Below, piece after piece: positions 42,407 through 53,795 of a stretch of DNA of 64,000 bases; the first letter of the stretch is position 1; every line of letters begins with the position of its first letter. The notes beneath the pieces are model-generated. The model did not search any database and was not told the DNA's origin. It saw nothing but the letters and a program-made list of their open reading frames with translations. The stretch spans positions 2,816,001 through 2,880,000 of the forward strand of contig OY969585.1 in the NCBI GenBank assembly GCA_963701295.1, written 5' to 3'. This stretch comes from Ignavibacteriota bacterium (GTDB taxonomy: Bacteria > Bacteroidota > Ignavibacteria > UBA10030). A program made the translations under genes and the position numbers.

Positions 42407-45400
42407 TCACTTTACTACTGCGAATTTACCGATATACTGACCAATGCCAGGTGCATCGACATGGAAAATATAAAGACCATACGCAATATCCATTCCGTCA
42501 TCCGACACGAGATTCCAAGACATAGAGCCATCCATGGGCGATGTATTCTTGTAGAGTGTCTTCACGAGAGCACCAGCAATCGTATAAATCCGTATTGTAC
42601 ACTTCGCCGGTAGTTTCATGAATTGGATGAGACGATCACCACGGCCAGTTGAAAAAAGCGTACGAGATTCCCACTTTGCTGTGGCGAAATATGGATTGGG
42701 TACTACTGTTATTTGACTCAATTGGGTCTTCGCCGCACCATTATCTGTTCGAGAAGCAATCATCTTAAACAAAAAATAATCGCCTGAAAGAAATGGTCGG
42801 AATGTTTTGATGGCGAAACGATCTCCTGGTTGCGGCTCTTTGATCACCCCAAACGGTCTACCATAAGAAATCTTCCACGTCCATTTGAAGTTCCTATTGT
42901 TCACAACTTGATCAATAATCCGGATTGTATCTCCCACGGTTAATGTGCCGGAGGTATCCATGTCCTGAACGATGAACTTCGCTTGAACCCAATTGCTAGA
43001 AGTATCCTTCTTGAAGATGTGGAACTTAACCGGCATTCTTGGATAGGTAGGATCTCCCAATGAAAATGCAGAAGTATCCACAAATGTGTTGTACCATCGT
43101 ATTTCATAATCTGCCGGCCATGCGACTCTATTAGTAGATATAAAATCTTGCGCTACAAGAATCCTCACATTGCTTGACCCAACAACCCAGCCTGTACCAG
43201 CATCATTCACCGCAATCGAATCGTTCAGCACAGAGAGAATCATGCCATCAAACGGGAGCGTAATCTTGCCATTGCCTATGCTCGCCGTATCCGCACCAAG
43301 GATCAACGTATCCGTGACATTGTTGCGGGTTCTATAAATATCGAACGACTTTGTATGATAAATCGGTATGGTCGTATCAGACTTGAATTTTACTATATAT
43401 TGATCGCCATCCTGGATTTGCGCAGGATTTAGGATTGTCAACCTCAGGCTACCTGTTCCTAAACCCTGAGCTACGTGATCCATATCTCCGTTCGTTTGCG
43501 GTGGCAGATAACCCGCGGCCGGTTTCTGGGGCGTGACAACAGCACAATTGATGTCAACGAACTTGATATTCCCAGCATAATCCTGTGAAATGATTTTTGA
43601 GCATTCTGTTGGCTGCAACGGTTTTCCGTTCGGTGTCGGTCCTCCTTTCGAATATGAACACACAGCATAATAATACCGAACACCATTTGTAACTGTTGAA
43701 TCAATATACGAATGTTGCAAACCATTATTCGAACCGCGCCAGAACCGTGCACCGTTAATACCGACTGGATCCGGCCCTGCAATGCTGTCCACAAGATCAA
43801 ACTGTGCAATCGGCTTATAGTATTTAGGATTACCCTGGGAATCTGTAATTTTTTTGACGTCGTCAAATTCCGGTTCCTCACTTCGATAGATCGTATATCC
43901 TTCGAAACTCTTAAAATATCCCTGTGCAGGATCACCGTTTTGATAACCGTAGAAGCGATCCGTTGATGTTTCTGCGATATTATCCCAAAAAAGAGAAACC
44001 TTTTTATCGCTCGGAACCGCTGTAAGATGTGGGGTGTAGGGTGGTTTCGTGAATCGGTAGTTCGCATTATAGATATCTTGTACTGTTACTTTGTTGAAAA
44101 TGAGCGCATCCAAATTATCACCAAAAATAAGCGCCATAGAAAATCGCTCCCGTTTTGTCTGCTTCAGAGGGAAAGGACCAGAAGCAAACACCATTTGAAT
44201 ATTTGAGTTCTCGACCGTTGTGTCACGGAAGCCATTATTCATAGCATTCCACATTACCTCATCGTTACTTATCCATAACCCGGTTGGACCGTGAGTTTGA
44301 TCAAGGATTCTGATTGTCATTGCTGTCAATCCTATCATATCCGATTCGCCTATATCGGTCTCATCAAAATCCGGTTCGCCGTGTGTAGGTATACCGTCAC
44401 CTTCCCCTTCATCTGGTCCTGTGTAATTTAGGTCCGAAGGGCCAAGACCGTCTCGACCAACATCATCATTCAGTGGTTCGCCCGGGTCCCACTTACCATT
44501 ATGGTTCAGGTCGGTGTACGGGATCCAATTATGGTTGTCATCAATATTATTGTCACGACGCTCGTCGACCAATCCATTTAGATTATTATCGATTCCGTCA
44601 TAAGGATTTCCTGGACTTTCGAGGTAGGCGTATCCTATATAACCAGCCACGTAATTGGTAGCGCTTTGCGTTCCTTGACCGCACGTAGGGCACCACGCAT
44701 AAGTCAAGGCGAGAGATTGTCCTGCCCCATGCGTGCTCCTATCGAATAATGCGCTGTTACCTGGAGTGTTTGTTCCTCCTACGCCCGGATCTGTATAAAA
44801 ACCAAAACAGGTTGAATCATAATCATGGTCAGATATGTTCACGATATCATAATGCCAGAAGATGCAATCTTCCGCCAGGACGTGAGTCCATTGAAATCCA
44901 CGTACCTCTACCCGTAGACCAAGTCCTCCTCTGTCTGAATCAGAAGCAATCGGATAATAGTTGAATGGTGGACGCGTCCATTTTTTGTCTTTTGAATCAT
45001 CCATAACAAAAAATGTTTCAAAATCAGCATTCGAAACCCCCAATCCAAAATAGCCGTACCAATACCCATTCCATGCTGGTGTGAGACCAAGTGCAGCAGG
45101 CCATATCGGTGGAAAGGTTGAAGGATCTCTATTCACTGCAGGACTTTGAGAAGATGGATTTGCATAACCGGGAATGGGCTGCAATACCCACTCCTCGCCA
45201 GTCAAGGGATCTTTGCTGACAACTTCTCTGTAAGCGGAGACTAATGGAGTGATCGTTTGACCATTCGGCGCTATAATCTTCGCAGCGATCAACACGGCGG
45301 TTCCATCTAGATATGAATGTCCTGTGCCTTTTGGCCATTCAGCCGATGGTTCATCGGGCCAGTGTCCAACTTCTCCGTCATTTATGTAGACAGTTGAGAT

Positions 45401-45871
45401 GCGATTTCCATCCATAACACTTTTTTTCCGGTACTGAACATTGCCTTTCGGTTCATTGCGATACGCTTGAGTTTTTGCGTCAACGACAGACCCTGCAAGC
45501 CCAAACCCAATTACTTGCAGCGAATCTGGCGATGTCTGATCATTGCTCGTAACAATGAGCCACGCTGAAACGAGACCTGAGTGTGTGGGAATAAAATGAA
45601 TGGTATCAATGTATGACAATGCAGGTGCAATGGTGAACGCCATTTGATTCACTGAAAATTCTGGTTGGGTAAAATTGAGATTCGTAATCTTCAACGTATC
45701 AGTCCCGATATTCGCAATCAATATTGTAGTCTCATTCAGATGCGAATATTCGCCGACTCTCACATCTCCAAAATCAATCGATTGCGTGTTGAATGTGAGT
45801 TTCGGCTGTCCAAAAGCGAAAGTGAATCCCAGTGAGATTAAAATTGGAATAAGCGTTTTTTTTCGAAACAT
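42407..45871 (-). CDS. Large secreted hypothetical protein: Ig-like N-terminus, Asp-rich Ca-binding repeats, Fn3-like, variant T9SS CTD
   Basis: SIDFGDV..IANIGTDTLKI, DGIDNNLNGLVDE, VVPNPY...IQFMKLPAKCTIRIYT...GLYIFHV...GKFAVVK. Confidence 0.85.
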   Translation of the reverse strand: MFRKKTLIPILISLGFTFAFGQPKLTFNTQSIDFGDVRVGEYSHLNETTILIANIGTDTLKITNLNFTQPEFSVNQMAFTIAPALSYIDTIHFIPTHSGLVSAWLIVTSNDQTSPDSLQVIGFGLAGSVVDAKTQAYRNEPKGNVQYRKKSVMDGNRISTVYINDGEVGHWPDEPSAEWPKGTGHSYLDGTAVLIAAKIIAPNGQTITPLVSAYREVVSKDPLTGEEWVLQPIPGYANPSSQSPAVNRDPSTFPPIWPAALGLTPAWNGYWYGYFGLGVSNADFETFFVMDDSKDKKWTRPPFNYYPIASDSDRGGLGLRVEVRGFQWTHVLAEDCIFWHYDIVNISDHDYDSTCFGFYTDPGVGGTNTPGNSALFDRSTHGAGQSLALTYAWCPTCGQGTQSATNYVAGYIGYAYLESPGNPYDGIDNNLNGLVDERRDNNIDDNHNWIPYTDLNHNGKWDPGEPLNDDVGRDGLGPSDLNYTGPDEGEGDGIPTHGEPDFDETDIGESDMIGLTAMTIRILDQTHGPTGLWISNDEVMWNAMNNGFRDTTVENSNIQMVFASGPFPLKQTKRERFSMALIFGDNLDALIFNKVTVQDIYNANYRFTKPPYTPHLTAVPSDKKVSLFWDNIAETSTDRFYGYQNGDPAQGYFKSFEGYTIYRSEEPEFDDVKKITDSQGNPKYYKPIAQFDLVDSIAGPDPVGINGARFWRGSNNGLQHSYIDSTVTNGVRYYYAVCSYSKGGPTPNGKPLQPTECSKIISQDYAGNIKFVDINCAVVTPQKPAAGYLPPQTNGDMDHVAQGLGTGSLRLTILNPAQIQDGDQYIVKFKSDTTIPIYHTKSFDIYRTRNNVTDTLILGADTASIGNGKITLPFDGMILSVLNDSIAVNDAGTGWVVGSSNVRILVAQDFISTNRVAWPADYEIRWYNTFVDTSAFSLGDPTYPRMPVKFHIFKKDTSSNWVQAKFIVQDMDTSGTLTVGDTIRIIDQVVNNRNFKWTWKISYGRPFGVIKEPQPGDRFAIKTFRPFLSGDYFLFKMIASRTDNGAAKTQLSQITVVPNPYFATAKWESRTLFSTGRGDRLIQFMKLPAKCTIRIYTIAGALVKTLYKNTSPMDGSMSWNLVSDDGMDIAYGLYIFHVDAPGIGQYIGKFAVVK

Positions 45872-45899
45872 ATCTAACTCCTAAATTCGAAATCTATTC

Positions 45900-48677
45900 T
45901 TAGTAATCGACTCTGAAACCAAGCCGCACCTGACGCGGGGCCACGAAACTCGTTGGATCATTTAAGTATTGCTGTATTGTATTCAAGCCGACAATGGCGC
46001 CCGCCTGATAAGTGTACAAATCGATATTCGCTCTACCGCTCGCAGAATTTACATTTACTTCATTTTTTGTATCGAGAAGATTGTAGATTAATGCGAAGAG
46101 GGTGAAATGAACGTCTGCGAGAGAAACAGACTTTTCGGCACTCATATCCACATTAAATGTAGAAGGTTTGAGTCCTCCGTTTTCAAAACGCAGACCGCCC
46201 GAAACGCGAGTATCTTCAGTATAGGGAAATCCTGATCCATACGAAAAAATGAGTCCGACGTTCCAATCCTGAGGTTTGCCCACTGTGAAAGACAAGTTGA
46301 GAGTCGAACGTTGATCCCAACTCAACGGAACTACGGTTTTGTTTGTTTCAATCGGTGGAGATGTTTGATTATTATAAAACACTGACAGGGGATCGGACGC
46401 ATCACCTGAAGCCAGTTGATATGTATAATCAAGCTTCACACCATAATAGTCTGCAAAGCGGCGATCAAGCGAAAGAACAAAGCCTTTCACATTGCCATAA
46501 TCACGATTTACATATCTGGCATATTCAAAACCTTCATAGGTTTGTATAATTTCTGTACCAAGTAAATTACGGATGTCGTTATAGTACACCGAAAAATCAA
46601 GACCGACATTAGTGAAAAGAACCTGTTGAAGACCGATTTCATACTTGGTAGTTCGTTGCGGTTGAAGGTCTGGATTTCCTGCAATTGTGTTGAGGGTACT
46701 CGATGGTGGAACAAGATAATCAGAGTTTGTATACAGGTTGTCGAAACTTGGTATTTGGAAAAAATGCCCATACGAAAAGTGGATTATCCCCTGATCAGTA
46801 ATCGGGAAAGAAATGCCAAGACGCGGGCTAAATTGAGTTTTTTTACTCGCAGCTTTCCAGACATCCGGAAAAGGAAATAGAGGATTCTTTGTCGGATTCT
46901 TTAAATCCATCGGATAAGACGAAGCCGGATCAAAATAATCAAACCGAATGCCAGCATTAATAATCATCATATCGTATTCGACTTTGTCCTGGACATAGGC
47001 AGAGAGTTCGTTAGGTTTTTTAAAATACTCCTGATTACCTGGAGCGCCAAGATTCGGATATCCCAGTTGAGGGATGGCTATACCGGTAATACTGTCCATT
47101 ACTGTCGAGTTTAGATTGATTAAAGATGTTGAATGTGAATAAATTTCATGCTCGCGCCATTCAAGTCCGACACCGATTTTTTGTTTATTTGTAATTTGCG
47201 AATTTAACACCCACTGGACTATTCCTGTTTTTGTATATCGATCATAGCGACTGGTCTGGTTGCCACCTGAACGAAATGTATATGCAGTACCACCGCCAGT
47301 AGGTTGTCCTTGTGCAGGATCAACATAACGCGGATCGAGCGGATCTTCGTAAAGGTATCCCTTATAATTATACCAATTGTAACCGAACTTCAGAGTTTGA
47401 TATGTATTGACCGTCGGGGAATAGGTGATTTGAAACGAGTGAATCCAATCAGTACGATAGTGATTCATAATACCGTCCGGGGTCCATGCAAATGAATGGT
47501 CATAGTACTTATTCCAGTTGTCATCCCACAGACCGTTATAAATGAATTTTAAAGTTCCGATGGAATAGGCTAGTTTGCCATTGAGAGAACGTCTTTGAGA
47601 CGGATTCATTGCAACATATTCTGGATTTCCGATAAGCGAAGAAACATCGGATGAGCTTTGAGGAATGTACTGTTTGCCCCTGACGGTATAGACATAGATT
47701 GGGTTGCCATCTGGATAATACAATGGAACTCCCTGATTGGTTTTCAATTGGTACGGTGTTATATCTGTGACATCATAGACTCGCTGACCATAGAGGTAAC
47801 CTCTATCCGAAGAGTACCTTCCTGTCACAAAAAAAGTCAAACTAGAAATGTACGGAATATAGCCGCTTAGACTTCCTTGAATATTTTTTATCCCGAGATT
47901 CTTTATACTACCATTATTTGGAAAGATATCAGTATGCGAAGTGGCATAGTTACCGGTATAAGCGGAAATGGAACCATGGTACGTCGATGATCCTTCAGAC
48001 GTAACAACGTTGACGATACCAGACATTGCTTGGCCGTATTCTGCATTGAATGTTCCGCTGATGACTTCCATTTCACGAACTACCGAGTTGTCGATTTGCA
48101 GAGGCATGGAGCCATCGTAGGGATCGTTGACTGCAACTCCGTCAACTAAGTACGCTACTTCGCCTGAACGGCCGCCACGGAAATGACCACCAACAACTCC
48201 TGCCTGGATACTAATAACCTGGGAAATATTCTCTGTGGGAATGCGCTTCAATTCCTCTTCCGATACCGTCACAGAGGACGATGTGAGATCTTTTTGCACG
48301 AGAGGCCGCTCGGCCATAACGACCACATCACTTGTCTGAATCGCTTCCGAACGAAGTTTGACATCGATCTTTGTTGTCAAATCGATTTTCACAATAACAT
48401 TTGAGATAGTCGTCTTGCGATAGCCGACGAAACTGACTATAATAGAATATTCTCCCGGTGGTATGTTGTTAATGGTGTAAAAGCCATCCAAATCGGTTAC
48501 AGTGCCAAGTGACGTTTCTTTAACAAGAATGTTAGCAGTTATTAAAGGGTCATTGTTCGCCGCATCTGTCACACGACCAGCAATTTTGCCTGTCTGACCT
48601 GCTTGTGCCATTGCCGGAAAAAGGAGGAATGACACAACAAGGAGATGACCTAGTACATTGCATACAGTCTTCGACAT
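45900..48677 (-). CDS. TonB-dependent receptor with carboxypeptidase-regulatory N-domain
   Basis: GKIAGRVTD, HFRGGRSGEV, SGTFNAEYG, FSPRLG, NPDLQPQRT, PRQVRLG. Confidence 0.93.
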   Translation of the reverse strand: MSKTVCNVLGHLLVVSFLLFPAMAQAGQTGKIAGRVTDAANNDPLITANILVKETSLGTVTDLDGFYTINNIPPGEYSIIVSFVGYRKTTISNVIVKIDLTTKIDVKLRSEAIQTSDVVVMAERPLVQKDLTSSSVTVSEEELKRIPTENISQVISIQAGVVGGHFRGGRSGEVAYLVDGVAVNDPYDGSMPLQIDNSVVREMEVISGTFNAEYGQAMSGIVNVVTSEGSSTYHGSISAYTGNYATSHTDIFPNNGSIKNLGIKNIQGSLSGYIPYISSLTFFVTGRYSSDRGYLYGQRVYDVTDITPYQLKTNQGVPLYYPDGNPIYVYTVRGKQYIPQSSSDVSSLIGNPEYVAMNPSQRRSLNGKLAYSIGTLKFIYNGLWDDNWNKYYDHSFAWTPDGIMNHYRTDWIHSFQITYSPTVNTYQTLKFGYNWYNYKGYLYEDPLDPRYVDPAQGQPTGGGTAYTFRSGGNQTSRYDRYTKTGIVQWVLNSQITNKQKIGVGLEWREHEIYSHSTSLINLNSTVMDSITGIAIPQLGYPNLGAPGNQEYFKKPNELSAYVQDKVEYDMMIINAGIRFDYFDPASSYPMDLKNPTKNPLFPFPDVWKAASKKTQFSPRLGISFPITDQGIIHFSYGHFFQIPSFDNLYTNSDYLVPPSSTLNTIAGNPDLQPQRTTKYEIGLQQVLFTNVGLDFSVYYNDIRNLLGTEIIQTYEGFEYARYVNRDYGNVKGFVLSLDRRFADYYGVKLDYTYQLASGDASDPLSVFYNNQTSPPIETNKTVVPLSWDQRSTLNLSFTVGKPQDWNVGLIFSYGSGFPYTEDTRVSGGLRFENGGLKPSTFNVDMSAEKSVSLADVHFTLFALIYNLLDTKNEVNVNSASGRANIDLYTYQAGAIVGLNTIQQYLNDPTSFVAPRQVRLGFRVDY

Positions 48678-48739
48678 AGTTGGTATACCTTCTCTTTTTT
48701 ACAACTTGCTTAGGGTCATTTTTTTTATTTTAATGATCA

Positions 48740-48774
48740 CGCGAGGCATTTCGAAAGCGTCAAAATACCTCGCG
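48740..48774 (-). terminator. Intergenic stem-loop (terminator or mRNA stabiliser)
   Basis: CGCGAGGCATTT...AAATACCTCGCG. Confidence 0.45.
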
Positions 48775-48784
48775 TTGAATTGTT

Positions 48785-51316
48785 TCACTTCAGCAGGAGT
48801 AATTTATGCGTAGCCCCAAACGAACCAGATTCCAGACGATAGAAATAAACCCCGCTGGAAAAGCTTTGTCCCGCCGTGTTGAAGGTCACAGTATAAGTGC
48901 CGGCAACCTGATTTTCATCGACCAACGTCGATACCTCACGACCTAGCATATCGTATACCTTCAGAGAAACATTTCCAGGTTTTTCTATGCTGTACTTAAT
49001 TTTTGTCGAAGGGTTGAATGGATTGGGATAGTTCTGCGAAAGCGTATATTTTACAGGAACAACACTCACCTGTTCCACGGAGACCGTTGGCGTCATCAAA
49101 TTACCAATCCACGTATACGTCCAATGCCACATATCTTGGTACGAGTTGTCATTATTCAACGGGGAATAACACAGCATTCCGTCTCTGAAATCTGCGGCAG
49201 TCTTGTTGTCCCGATCATTGATCTCGAAGTCAATTGGAATTCTCATACCTTCCGCTGGTACAAAAAGCTTATCACCCGACCTGGCTTTGGTGAACGCCGT
49301 AAACGGAATTTTTGCCTCCACGGTATAACCCGAACCAATAATCTTTTGGACCCATGCATAGTCCGGGTTGGGATTCATACCATTCGAATATGCGTACATC
49401 AATGTAACATTTAAACCGTCAAGTCGAACCCGATTCTGGGAGAAGCGAATATGATAATCTGGCTTTACGCCACCGGGCAGTCCGCTATGGAACTTGCCTC
49501 TCCAGTCATAGAGACCGATAAAGAGATCAGGGGCATCCTGTTCGTAGTCAAGTGAGGAGGCAGTATCAACTTTAACCACATCATCGGTCACATCAAACGC
49601 TACATAGAGGTAGTTTGCATCTACAGCCAAGTAGGCCTTGGCAGAGCAATCAGCGTCATTGTCAATAACACCGTTCTCATTCACATGAGCAGTCCCAGAA
49701 TCCTTCGAAATGAGAAATGGTTTGATTCCTGCCGATATCCACTCTGAAAGATCCCCATCAGCAGCGAAGTTTGTTGGCGGAGCTTTAGCAATGGTTGGGA
49801 CACCTTTGGCCAACGTTGTAATAGGACCCTTTAAAGAGGTGCCGCTCAGATTACCTGATACATCTTTTGCCTGGACACCATAATAATAGGTCAGTAATTG
49901 GTTGGTGTTTGGTGCACGAAGAATGTGTGTAACATTGAGTGCTTGAATATTATATGGTGGTATATCCTCGACAGTTGTGTCGGTTGGATCCGTCCACGGA
50001 TGATCAGCGACATAGACATTGTAGGTCACATTGGGTTTGTTTGTGACCGCATTCCAACTAAACACATTCGAGAACGTGCTGGATGCTACGTTAAGTCCTG
50101 TCGCAGAATCCGGCGGAATCACATCAAGAATAGGATTACCCGTCCAGACGTTTGTTATCCAGATCATTTTGCCGGCGATCCCACTGTTTTCAGTCATAAA
50201 CTGGAACACTGTAATAGCAGAAGAATCAAAAGCATGACCCGCATTTTCGTCTATGAAACTCCTTAGTGGAAGAGAGTATTGATGCCATTGACCATCTTGG
50301 GACGGAGTGAATACAGAACCTCTTTTTCCGGCAGCAGCTGTTTCGAACTGCGCACGCAACGCTCCAGTCCCCACATCTACCTTCATCATAAAATTCAAAC
50401 TATCGACATGCCATGCTCCAGCAAGGTTTACAGGAGATTTAAGATTAGCTCCGCCTCCTCCCCAACCGTTGACCTGCACCATCTGAATTGCATTGAGTTT
50501 GGGTGTAGGACCTGCCCCTGGTACAACACTCATAGTGACTCCAGACCACGTCCACAAGCTGCTCGGTTGCACATATGTACCATTGTAGTCCTTCCCTGTA
50601 AAGTAGACGAAAGGAATTGGTCGGTAACCAGTTCTCTCGAATTTATCAAACGATACTTCGATAGAATCTGCCGGAATATTTCCAGAAGCAACAGCGGGTG
50701 GGGGAGTTGTAACAAGAACAAGATACCATGCAACAATTTTATCCCGATCAAGTTTGTGATTATTCCATGTTAATCCGCCCCAATTAGAAGGAGCTACAAT
50801 AAAACCTGTGCTATCCGGGGCTTCTGAACCTGTTGATGGTCTTTCAATAATTGGTATACGAATATTTACCCAGTCCGAGGTAACATTATCAAGAATTCCA
50901 TCATTTTGGTAAATGTAAGTTTCTACAGGATCTCCTTGATTGGGTTGATCAAGAAGCTCCACACGAAATGACATCCATTGTGGATGTTGCGGTGCCATAC
51001 GAACCTTATACCAGAGACTAATTGTATCACTCGAACTATAATCCCATGGCGTATCACCAGTTTTTTGTGCAATCCCAAATTGAGAGAAAGTGCCCCAGGA
51101 ATATAACGAATCAAGCCTTGAACGCACCTTCATCGAAGACCAACCTTCCACCTTATCCGTTGAGTCGATTGAAAGGCGAATATAGCATTTCCCACCTCCG
51201 TTCGCCGTTGTGTATGTGGTGCCGGGGGCATTAAAATTATCAATTGTGTATACTTGTCCATACGAAGCAAATGATAATACTGCGATGGCAAGTGCGAGAA
51301 AAGGTAACATCCGCAT
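48785..51316 (-). CDS. Multi-CBM surface glycan-binding protein (CBM9-like domain) with T9SS CTD
   Basis: ADGDLSEW, YLYVAFDVTDD, GYTVEAKIPF, DFEINDRD; NYPNPFNPST. Confidence 0.8.
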   Translation of the reverse strand: MRMLPFLALAIAVLSFASYGQVYTIDNFNAPGTTYTTANGGGKCYIRLSIDSTDKVEGWSSMKVRSRLDSLYSWGTFSQFGIAQKTGDTPWDYSSSDTISLWYKVRMAPQHPQWMSFRVELLDQPNQGDPVETYIYQNDGILDNVTSDWVNIRIPIIERPSTGSEAPDSTGFIVAPSNWGGLTWNNHKLDRDKIVAWYLVLVTTPPPAVASGNIPADSIEVSFDKFERTGYRPIPFVYFTGKDYNGTYVQPSSLWTWSGVTMSVVPGAGPTPKLNAIQMVQVNGWGGGGANLKSPVNLAGAWHVDSLNFMMKVDVGTGALRAQFETAAAGKRGSVFTPSQDGQWHQYSLPLRSFIDENAGHAFDSSAITVFQFMTENSGIAGKMIWITNVWTGNPILDVIPPDSATGLNVASSTFSNVFSWNAVTNKPNVTYNVYVADHPWTDPTDTTVEDIPPYNIQALNVTHILRAPNTNQLLTYYYGVQAKDVSGNLSGTSLKGPITTLAKGVPTIAKAPPTNFAADGDLSEWISAGIKPFLISKDSGTAHVNENGVIDNDADCSAKAYLAVDANYLYVAFDVTDDVVKVDTASSLDYEQDAPDLFIGLYDWRGKFHSGLPGGVKPDYHIRFSQNRVRLDGLNVTLMYAYSNGMNPNPDYAWVQKIIGSGYTVEAKIPFTAFTKARSGDKLFVPAEGMRIPIDFEINDRDNKTAADFRDGMLCYSPLNNDNSYQDMWHWTYTWIGNLMTPTVSVEQVSVVPVKYTLSQNYPNPFNPSTKIKYSIEKPGNVSLKVYDMLGREVSTLVDENQVAGTYTVTFNTAGQSFSSGVYFYRLESGSFGATHKLLLLK

Positions 51317-51345
51317 GATAAATCCTCCTATTTATTGGTTATGAA

Positions 51346-52899
51346 TTAATCATTGATTTTATTGTGTACCAATTCAATTCCGTAATTTTTTCCGAGATTC
51401 CGGCTATACTTCTTTTCAATAGCGTTGTTCCAATGCTCCATCACGCCTAAGCTTTTGCACCTGACCTGATCTCTTTCGGGATCGTAAAATGTTTTTGATG
51501 GAGGATCATTGGCTAATGCAGCTTCAATTAAATAATTATCGGCATATTTCATATCTGGGGCATCTGGCCATTCGTTACTTAGAAAATCAAGTCCAACCGC
51601 ATCAATAGCCACTCCATCTTGCGATGCAAAAAGGCTTCCTGCCCAGCTATCGTTGAAGGGAGACATTTTCCATTTGGGCGACGGTGGCCCGGCAACTGAT
51701 TTTGAGCCATACAGACCATCAATCAAAAACAACATGGTCTTTTCGCCTAAATCTTTTTGCCCCATAAAATCGACAAAAGTCATATATTTTGGTTTTCCAT
51801 TCCTGTTCTGGTCAAAATTGTTGTGGGCATTTTTTCTCCAATCGCTGTTAATACTGGTTGCACCATAATAATTTTTGGCACAAAGAGTGACACCTTGACC
51901 AACGTGCCCTTTCAGTAATGCCATATTGATGAGATAATCGGCTTCTACTACACAGGTTGCTAAACCTTTCGCTAATTGACCATTATCGATAGAATAAGGA
52001 ATAGCATTCTCTACATAAGTAGTTTTCACTCGTCCATCGTTTCCGGTATTATCGACAAAAACTACGTCAGTGAATTCTGCATGGCACTTATTGAAAACAT
52101 TGTTGGTAATAAATCGGCTGGCATCAAATACGGTAATATTTTTTTGCGGAACACTTGCATCCTTTACAAGACTTCTCACCAGAGCAAGCACCATTTGTGG
52201 GGAAGCGTTCAATTCATTATCGTCGGAATGGCTATAGGTATTGTTCTCATTAATTTTGATTGCAATTTTCTGGTGGGCAAGATAACCTTCATCTTTATTT
52301 TTCTTTGATTTATTGAAATACCTGAACAATACATCCCAAGCTTTTGATTGGTTCTTTTCTCCTGTGAGCAATGTGATGGCTGCAGGTAACATTTTATCGG
52401 TTTCAGTTTGTGAAGTGTTTGCATCATCCCACCAATTGCCGTTGGTGCCATCCCATTTTGCAACATCCGGATTGTGTACCCATACCACTCTACCCGGGAA
52501 AACGCCTCGTTCCACACCTACGGGTTGGTTGGTTTCAAATTTTGAAACATGAACCGCACACGCATAAAGTTCTTCTATTTTATTTCCAAAAAATATAACT
52601 GAGCATACAACGGCAACGACCAAAAACATTGCCATAGAGATATATCTTCCACGGTTAAAGCTTTTTCCGGCATTCCGGAATGCACATGCCGATCCGAAGA
52701 AAGTTAAAAGATAAATAACGAAGCTTGACATCAAAGGAGCTGCAGCTCGCATACAAGGATATGTCACCCTTTGGGGCTTTGGAATTACCCTGATCAGAAA
52801 CCAAAGAGAAGAAGCCATGCCCAATAAAATATATATTATTTTTACTGATGCACGTTCTTCATAAAGTCTTTTATTCATAATACTGAACCTTGTTTTCAT
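51346..52899 (-). CDS. DUF362-domain protein
   Basis: WFLIRVIPKP..YPC, PGRVVWVHNP, IAIKIN, LINMALLKGH..GVTLCAKNYYG. Confidence 0.75.
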   Translation of the reverse strand: MKTRFSIMNKRLYEERASVKIIYILLGMASSLWFLIRVIPKPQRVTYPCMRAAAPLMSSFVIYLLTFFGSACAFRNAGKSFNRGRYISMAMFLVVAVVCSVIFFGNKIEELYACAVHVSKFETNQPVGVERGVFPGRVVWVHNPDVAKWDGTNGNWWDDANTSQTETDKMLPAAITLLTGEKNQSKAWDVLFRYFNKSKKNKDEGYLAHQKIAIKINENNTYSHSDDNELNASPQMVLALVRSLVKDASVPQKNITVFDASRFITNNVFNKCHAEFTDVVFVDNTGNDGRVKTTYVENAIPYSIDNGQLAKGLATCVVEADYLINMALLKGHVGQGVTLCAKNYYGATSINSDWRKNAHNNFDQNRNGKPKYMTFVDFMGQKDLGEKTMLFLIDGLYGSKSVAGPPSPKWKMSPFNDSWAGSLFASQDGVAIDAVGLDFLSNEWPDAPDMKYADNYLIEAALANDPPSKTFYDPERDQVRCKSLGVMEHWNNAIEKKYSRNLGKNYGIELVHNKIND

Positions 52900-52925
52900 T
52901 GTACAGTAAAATTAAATTTGATATA

Positions 52926-53603
52926 TTATATTTTCAGTTTGAATTCAATCCATTCGTAATTCATGTTTCCATTTGCAACCGTATGGAGCGTGAGGATGTG
53001 AATACCTTTTTGCAATTCAACTTGCGCTAAAGTAAATGCAAGATTCCAATGATGCCATTGCCTCCATGCAACAGTGTCTCTCTCTTGGTGTGTAGATGGA
53101 ACGAGTAGCGGACCTGAAATATCTTTTCCATCTATTGAAAGAGATATAGTGCCATTTCCGTTTGCAGTATACATAAGGCCGACATCATATTTTCCCGTTT
53201 CATTTACTTGTACCGTATAATTAATCCACTCGCCAGGCACGGTCCATCCCACATACAATTGTCCCATAAGAGGTTCTGTAAGATTATATTTATTATCGTC
53301 TATATCTCCAGTTTTGGTGTAGGAAATATCAACTCCTTCCTTCATACGAAATTCATTCAGAAATGTGCCGTTCGCAGGATTGAGTTTCCCACTTCCATTG
53401 TTGACCGAATCATTATCATGATAGGCGATTCCTTCTCCACCTGTATCATAAAGCGCGCACTGAATTTTACCAGGAATTTGCTGAGGATGGTCATTCCAAG
53501 CCTTACCTTTGTATTTCTCCTGTGAGAAAGTTTTGGGGGAACAAAACATAAAACCTGTAATTAATAGCAGGCAAAAACTACAAAAATTGATGTTTTTTCT
53601 CAT
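52926..53603 (-). CDS. Secreted CBM6-type carbohydrate-binding protein
   Basis: IPGKIQ..YDTGGEGIAYHD, VGWTVPGEWINYTV. Confidence 0.8.
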   Translation of the reverse strand: MRKNINFCSFCLLLITGFMFCSPKTFSQEKYKGKAWNDHPQQIPGKIQCALYDTGGEGIAYHDNDSVNNGSGKLNPANGTFLNEFRMKEGVDISYTKTGDIDDNKYNLTEPLMGQLYVGWTVPGEWINYTVQVNETGKYDVGLMYTANGNGTISLSIDGKDISGPLLVPSTHQERDTVAWRQWHHWNLAFTLAQVELQKGIHILTLHTVANGNMNYEWIEFKLKI

Positions 53604-53795
53604 GAATATGATACTTTGAGTTAAGAAAGGTTAGTTATGAACACATAGAGCTTACCTGCAATGTCATAAATGGTGACGCGTTGAGTTTGTTTTCATTCGT
53701 TTCTTTTTCTCTTAAAAAATTATTTCTTCCAAAACAGTTTTTAAAAGTATGATAGGTTTCATCAAAATTTTAATACCTCGTGTCTGAGAGAACCA